A stretch of DNA of 64,000 nt from the IMG/VR virus record IMGVR_UViG_3300031857_000025. One strand, written 5' to 3'. The position numbers were made by a program, and so were the translations under genes. The notes under the pieces are model-generated. The model was not told the DNA's origin and did not search any database. It saw only the letters and a list, made by a program, of their open reading frames with translations. Of the stretch, positions 28,631-39,843 are shown piece after piece. Each line of letters opens with the position of its first letter. Position 1 is the first letter of the stretch. The DNA comes from a virus.

Positions 28631-29875
28631 ATGGCAACATTAGGTCGTAACACAGGAAACATTAGCAGATTTGCAAATACAAACACTAATGCAGTTACTA
28701 CACAAATTGAATCATTAGCTCGACAATTGGCAGATCGTACGATACGCGAACGTGAATTTGCATTGACACGGCAGCGTAATGGTCGTATATATACGACATT
28801 TAATAGTGTAGATGATATACTAGCAAATAACATTGAAACTGTTACTCGTGGATTGTTTACAGGTACTGCTGGTAGTACTGGTAGTTTATTAACATTTAGA
28901 ACATCATCAACAGCTACAGCAATACAAAATACATATTTCCGTGAAATATTTAGTGATGCAGATAATACATATCCACAGTTTTCCGTAGCATATGGTCATT
29001 TTGAAGGGTCAGGTAGTGAAGATTTAACTGGTGGGTTACATAATGATACTCCTAGCCGTGCAATTTACAAACAATATGCACAGTTATTATTACCACCAAC
29101 GGATACACGATTTACTATTAATGGTACTAATACTAATAGTATTTACGTACTTAATTTTAATAGAGCACGTTTCCGTGAAAAATTAGATCCAGGAAATTTA
29201 GAAATTAATTTAGCAGTATTATCTGGTTCTAAAGTGGCTAATAACGTACATACTGGTTCAAATGTACGTCCTATACCAACTAGTCAAACTGGTAATGGCG
29301 TTATTCGATTAATTGATGATTCATCATTATCAAGCGCAACTATAGGCGAAGCTGGGCAAGTATATAATATAGTATCAGGTACCATTGACGAAGGCACTCT
29401 AATACATAATCCATCAAGTCCTGTATATTATGGATTGATATATCCTCAGTTTGGTGTAGTAATATTAAATGCAGATACGTTAAATACTAATGTTGGATTT
29501 GGCACTGTTACTGGGTCAGGTGTTCAGGGTGATAATGCCATGAAACTTGTCGTATCATTATCGGGATCAGCTGATAGAGCACCAGCCGGTGATGATTTTG
29601 GTTTACAAGCTCGTTCAAGTGAACAAGTAAAATCAACATATTATTTTGTACGTGTTAAAAATGGTGAATATAATTATAGTAACAATCCTACATTTACTAG
29701 TGGTTCATTAGGTCAATTAAGATATAGTACATTTATTAATGATCCGCAGACATATATTACAACTGTAGGTTTATATAATGACCGTAGAGAATTATTAGCT
29801 GTTGCAAAATTAAGTCGTCCATTACTTAAATCATTTACTCGTGAAGCATTGATTAAAGTAAAATTAGATTTTTAA
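28631..29875 (+). CDS. baseplate/tail structural protein
   Basis: C-terminal YITTVGLYNDRRELLAVAKLSRP. Confidence 0.65.
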   Translation: MATLGRNTGNISRFANTNTNAVTTQIESLARQLADRTIREREFALTRQRNGRIYTTFNSVDDILANNIETVTRGLFTGTAGSTGSLLTFRTSSTATAIQNTYFREIFSDADNTYPQFSVAYGHFEGSGSEDLTGGLHNDTPSRAIYKQYAQLLLPPTDTRFTINGTNTNSIYVLNFNRARFREKLDPGNLEINLAVLSGSKVANNVHTGSNVRPIPTSQTGNGVIRLIDDSSLSSATIGEAGQVYNIVSGTIDEGTLIHNPSSPVYYGLIYPQFGVVILNADTLNTNVGFGTVTGSGVQGDNAMKLVVSLSGSADRAPAGDDFGLQARSSEQVKSTYYFVRVKNGEYNYSNNPTFTSGSLGQLRYSTFINDPQTYITTVGLYNDRRELLAVAKLSRPLLKSFTREALIKVKLDF

Positions 29876-29886
29876 AATAAAATGAT

Positions 29887-31647
29887 ATGCCAGCAGTACC
29901 ATACGTATTTAGACCTGTAAAGTCTGGTGATGTACAATTAAGGCCGTTCAAAGCTTATAAAAGTTATACATTACAAAGTAATACTGACTATTCAAGTTCT
30001 GGTTATCGTGTGCATGATGCAATATATAAGCGTCCTCCTATACATGTAGGAGTTGATAGTTATAATTATCCTATTAATGCAAGTGACGGTACTAACCAAC
30101 ATGTAGTTTGGAGTAATATCGATCATAGATATTATCACTATCCATACGATATTAGCAGATGTCATGAACTAACAAATAATCGTGTTACAGAAAAATACTT
30201 AAACATATCAGCTAGTATACTTACTATTCCTTATTTTGATATTGGCGAAAAAATTAAACCGGGTAGTGTTAATATAAATGGAATTGTTAATGGTATTAAC
30301 ATTTTACTACAAGATGATGGCCATGGAAATTTAAGAGATATGGCTATATTAACAGCTTCATTTGCAAGTGCTAGTAGTCAGATATTATATGCTTCATTTA
30401 ATAATGCGTTCCGAGATACTGAAGTAGGTAGTAATTTATCACTGTTAAATGTAAAAGTAGATAATATAAATGTTAATGCTACTGTCAATAATGTACGATT
30501 AACAGAAGGATTAGAATTACATACTAATATTAATACATCATCACCAAACGATTTAGATTCTAGAAGTGGTTATTTGGGATTTATACCAACTAGTACAGCG
30601 GGGTATGTACAAATACCACATCATGATATTTTTAATCGGTTTAATAGAACAGACCATTGGACAATATCATTTTGGTACAGACAGGCATTAAATAAATATA
30701 ATAATAACGGTACTATTATATCTAAAGCATTTCAGCGTACCAATACTCAAATAATTAACGGAGTGCGTAGCTTTGTAACTCAAAGTATAACACCGCCCGT
30801 AGATGCATCTATAGTTGGTTCATACAATCAAATACAAACACCGTTTCATATCTTTACTGATACGGTAGGTTCTACTGATTGTATATGTTTTAAAGCTAGT
30901 AACGGTAGTAGTGAATTATTCATATCAGGCGCTATTAGTTATAGTACTACATTAAGTTGGGAACATTTTGCTTTTGTAAATGATGGCGAATTTGTACGTA
31001 TGTATATTAACGGTAATTTACATCCGCTTAGTGGTAGTTTACCTTTAACTGGTAGTACTGCAAATAACGCCGATGTTATGATGTTTTCCGCTAATACACA
31101 GTTTGATAATCCAATTGATAATGCATATTTAGGTGAGGTACGTATGTATGATTATGCATTATCAACATCGGAAATACAATCATTAAGTAATAGACATTAT
31201 ATATCTGCTTCATTATATCAAACAAATGTAGCTGGTAATATATTTTATCGTAATGGACAGATAGTATTATCATCACCTTTATCAAAATATCACTCTGGTT
31301 CAAGCTTTTTTAGTAATGAATGGACGGCCTCATGGAAAGGTACACATACTATATATGAAAATGAAGTAATGGTACGTATACCAGCTGATCAATTTAATTA
31401 TTCAGTTAATCCAACAGTGACGTACCGGCCGGCTATGGCTGTCGATTCGACTAGTGAAATTGAAAAACAAAATGGACCAGGTTCATTATATAAATCAATA
31501 TTTACAGGTAGTTTAGCTAAGCCATATATTACTACTATTGGTTTATATAATGATAAAGCACAATTATTAGCTGTCGGTAAATTAGCCCAACCAGTTCAAA
31601 AACGTGATGATGTTGACATGAATATTATAGTTCGTTGGGACTATTAA
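29887..31647 (+). CDS. tail structural protein with LamG/concanavalin-like domain
   Basis: WTISFWY, WEHFAFV..G..VRMYING, GEVRMYDYALS; same YITTIGLYND C-terminus as the previous gene. Confidence 0.7.
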   Translation: MPAVPYVFRPVKSGDVQLRPFKAYKSYTLQSNTDYSSSGYRVHDAIYKRPPIHVGVDSYNYPINASDGTNQHVVWSNIDHRYYHYPYDISRCHELTNNRVTEKYLNISASILTIPYFDIGEKIKPGSVNINGIVNGINILLQDDGHGNLRDMAILTASFASASSQILYASFNNAFRDTEVGSNLSLLNVKVDNINVNATVNNVRLTEGLELHTNINTSSPNDLDSRSGYLGFIPTSTAGYVQIPHHDIFNRFNRTDHWTISFWYRQALNKYNNNGTIISKAFQRTNTQIINGVRSFVTQSITPPVDASIVGSYNQIQTPFHIFTDTVGSTDCICFKASNGSSELFISGAISYSTTLSWEHFAFVNDGEFVRMYINGNLHPLSGSLPLTGSTANNADVMMFSANTQFDNPIDNAYLGEVRMYDYALSTSEIQSLSNRHYISASLYQTNVAGNIFYRNGQIVLSSPLSKYHSGSSFFSNEWTASWKGTHTIYENEVMVRIPADQFNYSVNPTVTYRPAMAVDSTSEIEKQNGPGSLYKSIFTGSLAKPYITTIGLYNDKAQLLAVGKLAQPVQKRDDVDMNIIVRWDY

Positions 31648-31670
31648 TATTTATAAAAAAGGAACGAGTT

Positions 31671-32123
31671 ATGGCATGGAATAGTAAGTCTAAAGTACGA
31701 GCTAACGCAATCAAATACGGTTATAGATCCGGATTTGAACATAAAATTTCTGAACAGCTTGAACAACAAAATATCAATCCACAGTATGAAACTACAGTAG
31801 TTAAGTATACTATACCAGCGCGTGATTCTAAATATACAGTCGACTTCACATTACCTAATGGTATCCTTGTAGAGACTAAAGGTAGGTGGATGCCAGATGA
31901 CCGTAAGAAACATTTACTAGTAAAAGAACAACATCCGGAGTTAGATATTCGTATCGTGTTCCAAAGTGCTAAAAGTAAACTACGTAAAGGTAGTAAGACA
32001 ACCTATGCAGATTATTGTGACAAACATGGTATTCAGTGGGCGGAAAAAACAATACCACAGTCATGGATCGATGAAGAAAAAAAAGCAGACAAAAAGGTTG
32101 ATCTTTTGAAAAAGTTTTTATAA
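31671..32123 (+). CDS. Holliday junction resolvase, T7 endonuclease I-like
   Basis: YRSGFE, YTVDFTLPNGILVETKG, DRKKHLLVKEQHPELDIRIVF; likely start ATG 31671. Confidence 0.9.
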   Translation: MAWNSKSKVRANAIKYGYRSGFEHKISEQLEQQNINPQYETTVVKYTIPARDSKYTVDFTLPNGILVETKGRWMPDDRKKHLLVKEQHPELDIRIVFQSAKSKLRKGSKTTYADYCDKHGIQWAEKTIPQSWIDEEKKADKKVDLLKKFL

Positions 32124-32220
32124 ATTCATTTATATAAATTTTCAATTGAAAGTTATTGAGATTGAAACATTGTTGTATATTATATGACAATGCTAATATT
32201 AATAATATTAATAATATATA

Positions 32221-33147
32221 ATGAGTAAGTTATCGGTTATTTCTCTTCTCGAATCTGTTCTTGGTAAAAGTCGCCAATCAACTGACGATAATTTAGCTTT
32301 TCATTGTCCATTCTGTCATCATCATAAACCTAAGTTAGAAGTTAATATCGTAACTCAACATTGGCATTGTTGGGTATGTAATGCGGCTGGTAGAAAGATA
32401 CCTATCTTATTTCGTAAACTTAATACACCTCGAGAAAAAGTAGCTCAATTAATTAAACTACTAGATGGTGTAGAATATAAGCCTACTAAGACTACAACGG
32501 ATACACCTGTAGTTGAACTTCCTAAAGAATATCGACCATTATGGGTTATGGATAAAGCTAATCCTGAGTATCGTAACGCCGTACGTTATTTACTTAACCG
32601 TGGTATTACTATTCATGATATACTAAAATACAGAATTGGATATTGTGAAACTGGTCAATATTCCGGTAAGATAATTATTCCTAGTTATGATGCTAATGGT
32701 AGTCTTAATTATTTTGTAGGTCGTGCCTATTATGAATCAGATGGCATGCGTCATAAGAATCCAAAAGTATCAAAAGATATAATTGGATTTGAACTGCATA
32801 TAAACTGGAATATGCCAATTATATTAGTAGAAGGCGCATTTGATGCGATTGCTATTAAACGTAATGTTATTCCATTATTTGGTAAAACTATTTCAAATAC
32901 ACTTAAGAAACGTATTGTAGAACGTAAAGTGAAAACTATATACATATGTCTAGATCTAGATGCTAGAAAACAAGCACTTGAAACAGCTGAGTATTTTATT
33001 AATAACGGTATAGATGTATACTTTGTAGAACTAACTGGTAAAGATCCTAGTGAATTAGGATTTGAACAGACTAAACATATACTAGATGCTACAACTAGAT
33101 TAACAGAACAGAATTTAATGCAAGAAAAGATATTATGCGCACTATAG
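32221..33147 (+). CDS. DNA primase (Zn finger + TOPRIM)
   Basis: CPFC...WHCWVC, ILVEGAFDA, ICLDLDA, KDPSE. Confidence 0.88.
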   Translation: MSKLSVISLLESVLGKSRQSTDDNLAFHCPFCHHHKPKLEVNIVTQHWHCWVCNAAGRKIPILFRKLNTPREKVAQLIKLLDGVEYKPTKTTTDTPVVELPKEYRPLWVMDKANPEYRNAVRYLLNRGITIHDILKYRIGYCETGQYSGKIIIPSYDANGSLNYFVGRAYYESDGMRHKNPKVSKDIIGFELHINWNMPIILVEGAFDAIAIKRNVIPLFGKTISNTLKKRIVERKVKTIYICLDLDARKQALETAEYFINNGIDVYFVELTGKDPSELGFEQTKHILDATTRLTEQNLMQEKILCAL

Positions 33148-36100
33148 ATATTGGGTTACCTACCATAGATAAAATTTTTCATATTGCTGATGTACATGTA
33201 CGTAATGTAAAACGTCATACAGAATATGAGCAAGTATTTAAACGATTATATAAATACATTAAGAAACATAAAACGGATAATAGTGTAATTTACGTTGCTG
33301 GCGATATTGTACATGCTAAGACAGATATGTCACCGGAACTAGTACATTGTGTATCAGATTTCTTTAGCAGTTTAGCGGCCATTGCGCCTACATTAATTAT
33401 TACTGGTAATCATGATTGCAACTTAAATAACTCCCATCGTCTAGATGCCATTTCCCCTATAGTTAAAGCCTTAAATGACTCCAATATACACTATCTTAAA
33501 GATAACGGTATATACTATATTTCAGGCATACACTTTAACGTTATGTCAGTGTTTGAAAAGCCAGCGAACTATATAAAAGCTAGTGATTTTACAGGTAATT
33601 ATAAGATTGCATTTCACCATGGTGCAGTAAATTCTGCAGAAACTGATATGGGCATGACATTGAGTAATACTCATGTTACAACTGAATTGTTTGAAGGGCA
33701 TGATTTAGTATTATTAGGTGATATTCATAAACCGCAATTCTTAAATAAGAATAAGACAATTGCATATGCTGGTAGTTTAATACAACAAAATTTTGGCGAA
33801 GGACTTCACCATGGCATCATGGTATGGGATCTGGCTACACGTTCTTGTGAATTTGTTGAAATAGGAAATGATTATGGTTATTATACATTTGATATTGATA
33901 ACGGAGTAATACAAAACCCAGCTACGGTAATGCCTAAAAAACCTAGAATTCGTTTAAAGGTTAAAGATACAGATTCGGGTACGCTTAAAACGATAGTAGC
34001 TGAAATAAAACATAAATACAAAGTACAAGAAATTACCATACAGAAAGTTAATCCATTATCATCTGTTACTGCTGGTAAAAGAATATCATTTGGTAATGTA
34101 CGTGATGTAGAATGGCAAAACACGGTAATATCAGATTACCTATCTGACGAATTAGCATTAGATGACGCCATGCTTGACTGTGTACGTCATATCAATCGTA
34201 CGGTATTTTCAAAACTACCAGATTCTGAGTTAACTCGCAATGTAGTATGGGTGCCAAAATATTTTGAATTTAGTAACATGTTTAGTTATGGCGATGATAA
34301 TCATGTTGACTTTGCTAATATGTCAGGTACATATGGATTGTTTGCTCCTAATGCTTCTGGTAAGTCTACATTGTTAGATGCTTTAGCATTTTGTTGTTTT
34401 GATAAATGTAGTCGTACTAATAAAGCTGTTCATGTATTGAATAATAAATGCGATCGTTTTGCTAGTAAATTTACATTTGATCTAGACGGTAAGACATATG
34501 TAATTGAACGTAATGGTAAAAAGCAAAGTAACGGGCATGTTAAAGTAGATGTAGAATTTTATCATGTAGATGATACTGGTAATATTACATCATTAAACGG
34601 TGACCAACGTGATTCTACTAATAAAATAGTACAACAGTACTTAGGTACATATGAAGACTTTGTATTAACGGCACTATCACTGCAAAATAATAATACTGGA
34701 TTTATTGACATGTCTCAAAAAGATCGTAAAGACTTATTGAGTCAGTTTTTAGATATCAATGTATTTGAAAAACAGTATCAGATCGCAGCTGATGATAGTA
34801 AAGACACTGCCGCATTAATACGGGAATATAAACGAACTGATATAGGTACAATATTGGCAGATGCTGAACGTATCATATCACATACATCTCAAAGTTACAA
34901 TGAATTGTTAACTGAAAAACAAACAGTTGATCGTATGAAGGATGATATTAATGATCAGATTATTGATCTGTCAAAACAACTACGTCCTATAGATGATAAT
35001 ATAAAACACCCAGAGCAACTACAAACGGCATATCATACCATGCTGTCAGAATTAGATACATTAAAAGAGACTGTTACGGCTATTGAAACAGATATTAACA
35101 ATCAACAAGATATTGTAGATTCATGGCGTAATAATGTAGCAGAATATGACATTACAGAAATACGTAGTAATATTATTACTGAAGAACAAAATAAAAAACG
35201 TTTAGCTGAGTTAACTACAAAATTACAAGTATTACAACAACAAATATCACATGCTAACCGTATGGTTGATAAATTAGATAATCATAAGTGGGATCCAAAT
35301 TGTGAATATTGCATGGCTAATCCATGGTTACATGATACTAAATTGGAGGCCGAAAAATTACCAAAACTACAAGAAGAACATGATAATCTATTAATTGAAA
35401 TTGCCGATATTAAAGTTAATTTTCCAACAGTAAGTGCTACTAATTTATTAAATGGGTATCAAGTAGCAGAACAACGTTTACATACTGAAGAACAAAAACT
35501 ATCGACACTGACAAATAAACTAAATAGTACATTATTAACAGTACAATCTAGTGAAGATAAGATTACTCGATTAGTAGAGCTAATAAAAACAGCTGAAGAC
35601 CGTATTACTGATATTGAAACTAATAAACAACTAGAATCTGAAATATCAGAACTTCAAAGTGAAGTAACATACTTAACATCAGAACTTAAACAAGTAGATA
35701 ATCGTTTATTAGAATGTTCTGGTAAACTTCATGCTGCGGAAACAGCTAAGCAAAATGCTATACGAGATATTGAGCGGTTAACTGAGTTAGAAGTACAGTA
35801 CAAAGCATATGAATATTATCTACAAGCAGTTAAACGTGACGGCGTACCGTATCAATTAATAGCTCGAGCATTACCACAAATTGAAGCCGAAATAAATAAT
35901 ATATTAACGCAGATAGTAGATTTTACTGTTATATTAAATACTGATGGTAAAAATATACATGGCTTTATTGTATATGATAATGATAATTATTGGCCAATGG
36001 AACTAACATCCGGTATGGAAAAGTTTATTGCATCTCTTGCAATACGTACGTCATTGATTAACGTCAGTAGTTTACCTAGACCTAATTTCTTAGCTATTGA

Positions 36101-36287
36101 TGAAGGGTTTGGTGTACTTGATTCGGATAATTTGAATAGTATGTACATGTTGTTCGACTACCTTAAATCTCAGTTTGGTTTTATTATGTGTATATCTCAT
36201 ATTGATGCTATGCGTGATGTAGTTGATAAGCTTATTGAGATTAAAAAAGAAAACGGGTACTCTAAAATAAATTACTCATATTTATAA
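33135..36287 (+). CDS. fused SbcD(Mre11/gp47)-SbcC(Rad50/gp46) recombination nuclease-ATPase
   Basis: Phosphoesterase motifs DVH, GD, GNHD, HH, GDIH; Walker A APNASGKS; Zn hook CEYC; signature TSGME; Walker B IDEGFG; ISH switch. Confidence 0.9.
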   Translation: MRTIDIGLPTIDKIFHIADVHVRNVKRHTEYEQVFKRLYKYIKKHKTDNSVIYVAGDIVHAKTDMSPELVHCVSDFFSSLAAIAPTLIITGNHDCNLNNSHRLDAISPIVKALNDSNIHYLKDNGIYYISGIHFNVMSVFEKPANYIKASDFTGNYKIAFHHGAVNSAETDMGMTLSNTHVTTELFEGHDLVLLGDIHKPQFLNKNKTIAYAGSLIQQNFGEGLHHGIMVWDLATRSCEFVEIGNDYGYYTFDIDNGVIQNPATVMPKKPRIRLKVKDTDSGTLKTIVAEIKHKYKVQEITIQKVNPLSSVTAGKRISFGNVRDVEWQNTVISDYLSDELALDDAMLDCVRHINRTVFSKLPDSELTRNVVWVPKYFEFSNMFSYGDDNHVDFANMSGTYGLFAPNASGKSTLLDALAFCCFDKCSRTNKAVHVLNNKCDRFASKFTFDLDGKTYVIERNGKKQSNGHVKVDVEFYHVDDTGNITSLNGDQRDSTNKIVQQYLGTYEDFVLTALSLQNNNTGFIDMSQKDRKDLLSQFLDINVFEKQYQIAADDSKDTAALIREYKRTDIGTILADAERIISHTSQSYNELLTEKQTVDRMKDDINDQIIDLSKQLRPIDDNIKHPEQLQTAYHTMLSELDTLKETVTAIETDINNQQDIVDSWRNNVAEYDITEIRSNIITEEQNKKRLAELTTKLQVLQQQISHANRMVDKLDNHKWDPNCEYCMANPWLHDTKLEAEKLPKLQEEHDNLLIEIADIKVNFPTVSATNLLNGYQVAEQRLHTEEQKLSTLTNKLNSTLLTVQSSEDKITRLVELIKTAEDRITDIETNKQLESEISELQSEVTYLTSELKQVDNRLLECSGKLHAAETAKQNAIRDIERLTELEVQYKAYEYYLQAVKRDGVPYQLIARALPQIEAEINNILTQIVDFTVILNTDGKNIHGFIVYDNDNYWPMELTSGMEKFIASLAIRTSLINVSSLPRPNFLAIDEGFGVLDSDNLNSMYMLFDYLKSQFGFIMCISHIDAMRDVVDKLIEIKKENGYSKINYSYL

Positions 36288-36303
36288 GAAAATGAGGATA
36301 TAA

Positions 36304-39300
36304 ATGCCGTTACGTAAACGTGTAGGTTATTTTGGCTTACGTGATTTATCTTATTCAATAATAGATACTAGTGAAAATTCACCAAACTTTTTTCGGATAA
36401 TTGAATTTCCTGAAAAGTTTAAAGCTGGTAAAAATCTTATTAAGATATCAGCAAATCGTGAATATTTAGTTGATGGTAGTGAAATACATATTGAAATACT
36501 AGATTATAATAATAACCCAGTTTATTACGAACCTATCCGTTACGTAGAAAAAGATGGTACACGTGTAATTGCAGTTTATATCTACCCGGATACATCGCCA
36601 GGTGATTGTACTGTATTTTTAGCAGGAAGGGCTTCTCAAGACCCCAGTACTGGTAATCTATATCGTTTTAGTAAAAATAGTAATGACGCTGATTATTTTC
36701 AAGTACCAAATGTTATTTGGTCGCGTAAATGTAATGTAGCACCAAAGGCATCAAACGATATTGAAATAATATTCACACAACAACCTAGAGTTACTATAAC
36801 AGAAATAGTACAGCCTTATTTGCAACCAGTTAATTTAACTAATATATTTACTCAGGTAAGTAGTAGTGGTACTATATCATTAAGTACTCCATCTACATTA
36901 GCACGTACAGGGCTTACTGATATTGATAGTTCAGTTGCAGAAGGAGCAGGGTCTACTCGTACGCCGTCATTCGGTAGACAATTTTATAATAATAACACTG
37001 TACAGTCGCAATTAACTGATACATCTGCAGCAGTTACAGTATCTCCGACACTGCAAACTTTAACTGGATACTCCACTGTAACAACTAGTCAGCCATTTTT
37101 CTCAGCAAGTATGGTTAACGGTACGTTAACTGTAAAAAATCCGATATTGACTATTAGTGGATTAACGGCTGGTGCTAATAATTTAGTATATCCAGCATCG
37201 CAGTTTAATGAAACAACTAATGATTATGGAGGTGCGACACGCGCATTGAGCGGTTCATATGATTTTGCAATCGTACAGGTACTTAATAATACATCAGCAC
37301 GTGTATCACAAATTGGTGGATTTCTTAATGGTGAAGATACATTAGGTCAATTTAATGTTAGTTTGTTGTCTGTTGGAACATCTGGTACATCAATTCGTGA
37401 TTCGCGTGATTATACATTATATAACGTAAATAGTTTTAACGCGTCTTCAGATTTTACAGCTAGTTTTATAAAGCCTTCTGAAGTAATATACACCGAAAAT
37501 TCTGCTAGCTTTGCTGATATTATATTATCAAATACAGAACCAGCAACCGGCGATGTATATCGTATTAAAACATTATTTAAACCTAGTGGTCAATTTGGTG
37601 ATTTTATTGATTTAGGTGATACTATAGTAGAACAGACAGATATATTAATTGATACAAGTTCTTTAGAAACTAATGTAACAGTTGGTTCATATTATGAAAA
37701 TTTTGGAACAATAGAAAGTTTATCTGAAATAAACACATACTGGACAGCATCGGCATTGGGTACAATTAGTACATCTAATCCAATGACCATTGCATATGAT
37801 ATGGATACACTAGTCGGTGGAATAAAAATGACACCTACAACTACTGCGTTTCAAGATAATGATGCGGTTATATTATCAATTAAACCACAATATAATCCAA
37901 GAGTATATAAAGATACGGAATATATTGTAGTATTTAATATAGCAAATACATCTAATATAACATCATTTTCATCGACAAATACTAATATACCTAATGCGCG
38001 TTTAGATGTTTATATATCCGGATCTGCGGTTACATCTCAAGAAGCATTTAAACGAGTCACTACCGGTGATGTACTACCAGTAAGTAATTTTAATTCGACG
38101 GTTATTAATAATTTTAAAGATAATGGAGTACTAGGTTCACGTATTGGTACATATGAAACAACTAAAGTACCAGAAGCAAATGCTACAGTAACATTTAGAT
38201 TTATTGCAACAGAAGATAAACCTATTGATTTAAAATTTGTAACACGTCATGGTGCATTTATAATAAGTGATATTCAAGTTTTGGCTAATCAAGAGACTGG
38301 ATTTTCACCTAATTATATACGTATTAATAAAAGAATACCGACAGAGCATCTTAAAACGCCATTAACGTTTAAGTTTCAATATTTTGATTTTCGTGGACGT
38401 AAAGCTGATACTGAAACTATAGCTTATGGTGCGGTATTTGATGGCGATAACACATATATAAATGGTACTAATAATCTATTAACAGGCTCTGTATATATAG
38501 GTAATGGTATTGGTACTGGTATTGAAATGGCCGGTGTAAATTCAGGTTTTATACGTTCGATAGGATATGAAGGATTTATATCAGCATCAGATCCAGCAAA
38601 AGGTGGCGCACCCGGATGGATGTTGTATTCAGGATCAGTACTACCAAATTCGGGTGATAATTATTCAGGTGTAGGACTTGAACTAGTTGCTGGATCTGAT
38701 AATTACTTTAAATACGGAACGTCAAATGGCGGCTCATTAGAAGTACGTACTAACAAATTCTTTTTAGGTAGTGCTAATCAATTTATTTCTGGGGCAAATG
38801 GTAATATAGAAATATCATCTAGTAATTTTCATTTAACTGCTCAAGGTAATGTAACAGCATCAAATGCATTATTTACTGGTGTGGCATTAGCAAATATAAT
38901 ACGCGATAAAACCGTAGTTATAACAGCCGCAAACTCTGCTAGTTATTTTGACCGTTATGATTATAGTAGTAATCTAGGCGACCAGTGGGCATATTGGTTA
39001 CGATTAGATGGTAACAATGGCGGAGAGCAAGTACGACGTGTGACAATTAATTGTGATTTATTGTATCCATTAGGAAAAATTGCATTTCCTAGTTTAGGTA
39101 ATAGTTCTAGGATTGATATTATTATAGAAAATAACGTAGCCGGTAATGAAATTTTAGATATATTCAATGTTGAAAAAGGTACTATCACAAATCCAGCTAG
39201 AGTATCATTACCAGCAGGAGCCGTAATGCAACTTGCCTCTGTATTTCCTGGTACATCACAAACAGATTGGAATTGTATTGGTGGTAGTATACAGCCATTC

Positions 39301-39822
39301 TCTGGATATACATATAAACGCGGTGTAATTGTAACAGGTTCGTTAGAAGTTACGGGTTCATTAATAATGAACAACAATAAGCAGTTTAATCATGGAGCTT
39401 TTAGTAATACATCTAGCATAACAAATCCAGGGGCTAATGTATCGGCTTCATTTACATATACTACGGTAGATGTTGCTGACGGTATAACGTATACAAACAA
39501 CTCTCGTATACAATTTCCGAATGATGGAGTATACAATATACAATTTTCAGCTCAAATAGATAACATCAGCGGAGCAGATGATGTGTATATATGGTTAAAG
39601 AAAAACGGTCAGAATATTGCAAATACCGCAACACAAATAACTGCCGCAAATAATATAACAACTGTTGCAGCATGGAATTGGGTATATTCATTTTTAAACG
39701 CTGATTATGCGGAAATTGCATGGCAAACTAGCGCAGGAAATGCTATAATTGATGCATTCCCTGCCTTAGGGAACATACCAGCTATACCAAGTGTAATAGT
39801 AACCGTAACGCAAGTAGCGTAA
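36304..39822 (+). CDS. tail fibre/virion structural protein with C1q/BclA-like C-terminus
   Basis: Ser/Thr-rich; C-terminal GVYNIQFSAQ..IWLKKNG..PAIPSVIVTVTQ. Confidence 0.65.
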   Translation: MPLRKRVGYFGLRDLSYSIIDTSENSPNFFRIIEFPEKFKAGKNLIKISANREYLVDGSEIHIEILDYNNNPVYYEPIRYVEKDGTRVIAVYIYPDTSPGDCTVFLAGRASQDPSTGNLYRFSKNSNDADYFQVPNVIWSRKCNVAPKASNDIEIIFTQQPRVTITEIVQPYLQPVNLTNIFTQVSSSGTISLSTPSTLARTGLTDIDSSVAEGAGSTRTPSFGRQFYNNNTVQSQLTDTSAAVTVSPTLQTLTGYSTVTTSQPFFSASMVNGTLTVKNPILTISGLTAGANNLVYPASQFNETTNDYGGATRALSGSYDFAIVQVLNNTSARVSQIGGFLNGEDTLGQFNVSLLSVGTSGTSIRDSRDYTLYNVNSFNASSDFTASFIKPSEVIYTENSASFADIILSNTEPATGDVYRIKTLFKPSGQFGDFIDLGDTIVEQTDILIDTSSLETNVTVGSYYENFGTIESLSEINTYWTASALGTISTSNPMTIAYDMDTLVGGIKMTPTTTAFQDNDAVILSIKPQYNPRVYKDTEYIVVFNIANTSNITSFSSTNTNIPNARLDVYISGSAVTSQEAFKRVTTGDVLPVSNFNSTVINNFKDNGVLGSRIGTYETTKVPEANATVTFRFIATEDKPIDLKFVTRHGAFIISDIQVLANQETGFSPNYIRINKRIPTEHLKTPLTFKFQYFDFRGRKADTETIAYGAVFDGDNTYINGTNNLLTGSVYIGNGIGTGIEMAGVNSGFIRSIGYEGFISASDPAKGGAPGWMLYSGSVLPNSGDNYSGVGLELVAGSDNYFKYGTSNGGSLEVRTNKFFLGSANQFISGANGNIEISSSNFHLTAQGNVTASNALFTGVALANIIRDKTVVITAANSASYFDRYDYSSNLGDQWAYWLRLDGNNGGEQVRRVTINCDLLYPLGKIAFPSLGNSSRIDIIIENNVAGNEILDIFNVEKGTITNPARVSLPAGAVMQLASVFPGTSQTDWNCIGGSIQPFSGYTYKRGVIVTGSLEVTGSLIMNNNKQFNHGAFSNTSSITNPGANVSASFTYTTVDVADGITYTNNSRIQFPNDGVYNIQFSAQIDNISGADDVYIWLKKNGQNIANTATQITAANNITTVAAWNWVYSFLNADYAEIAWQTSAGNAIIDAFPALGNIPAIPSVIVTVTQVA

Positions 39823-39843
39823 TATTTATTCAAAAGGATATCA

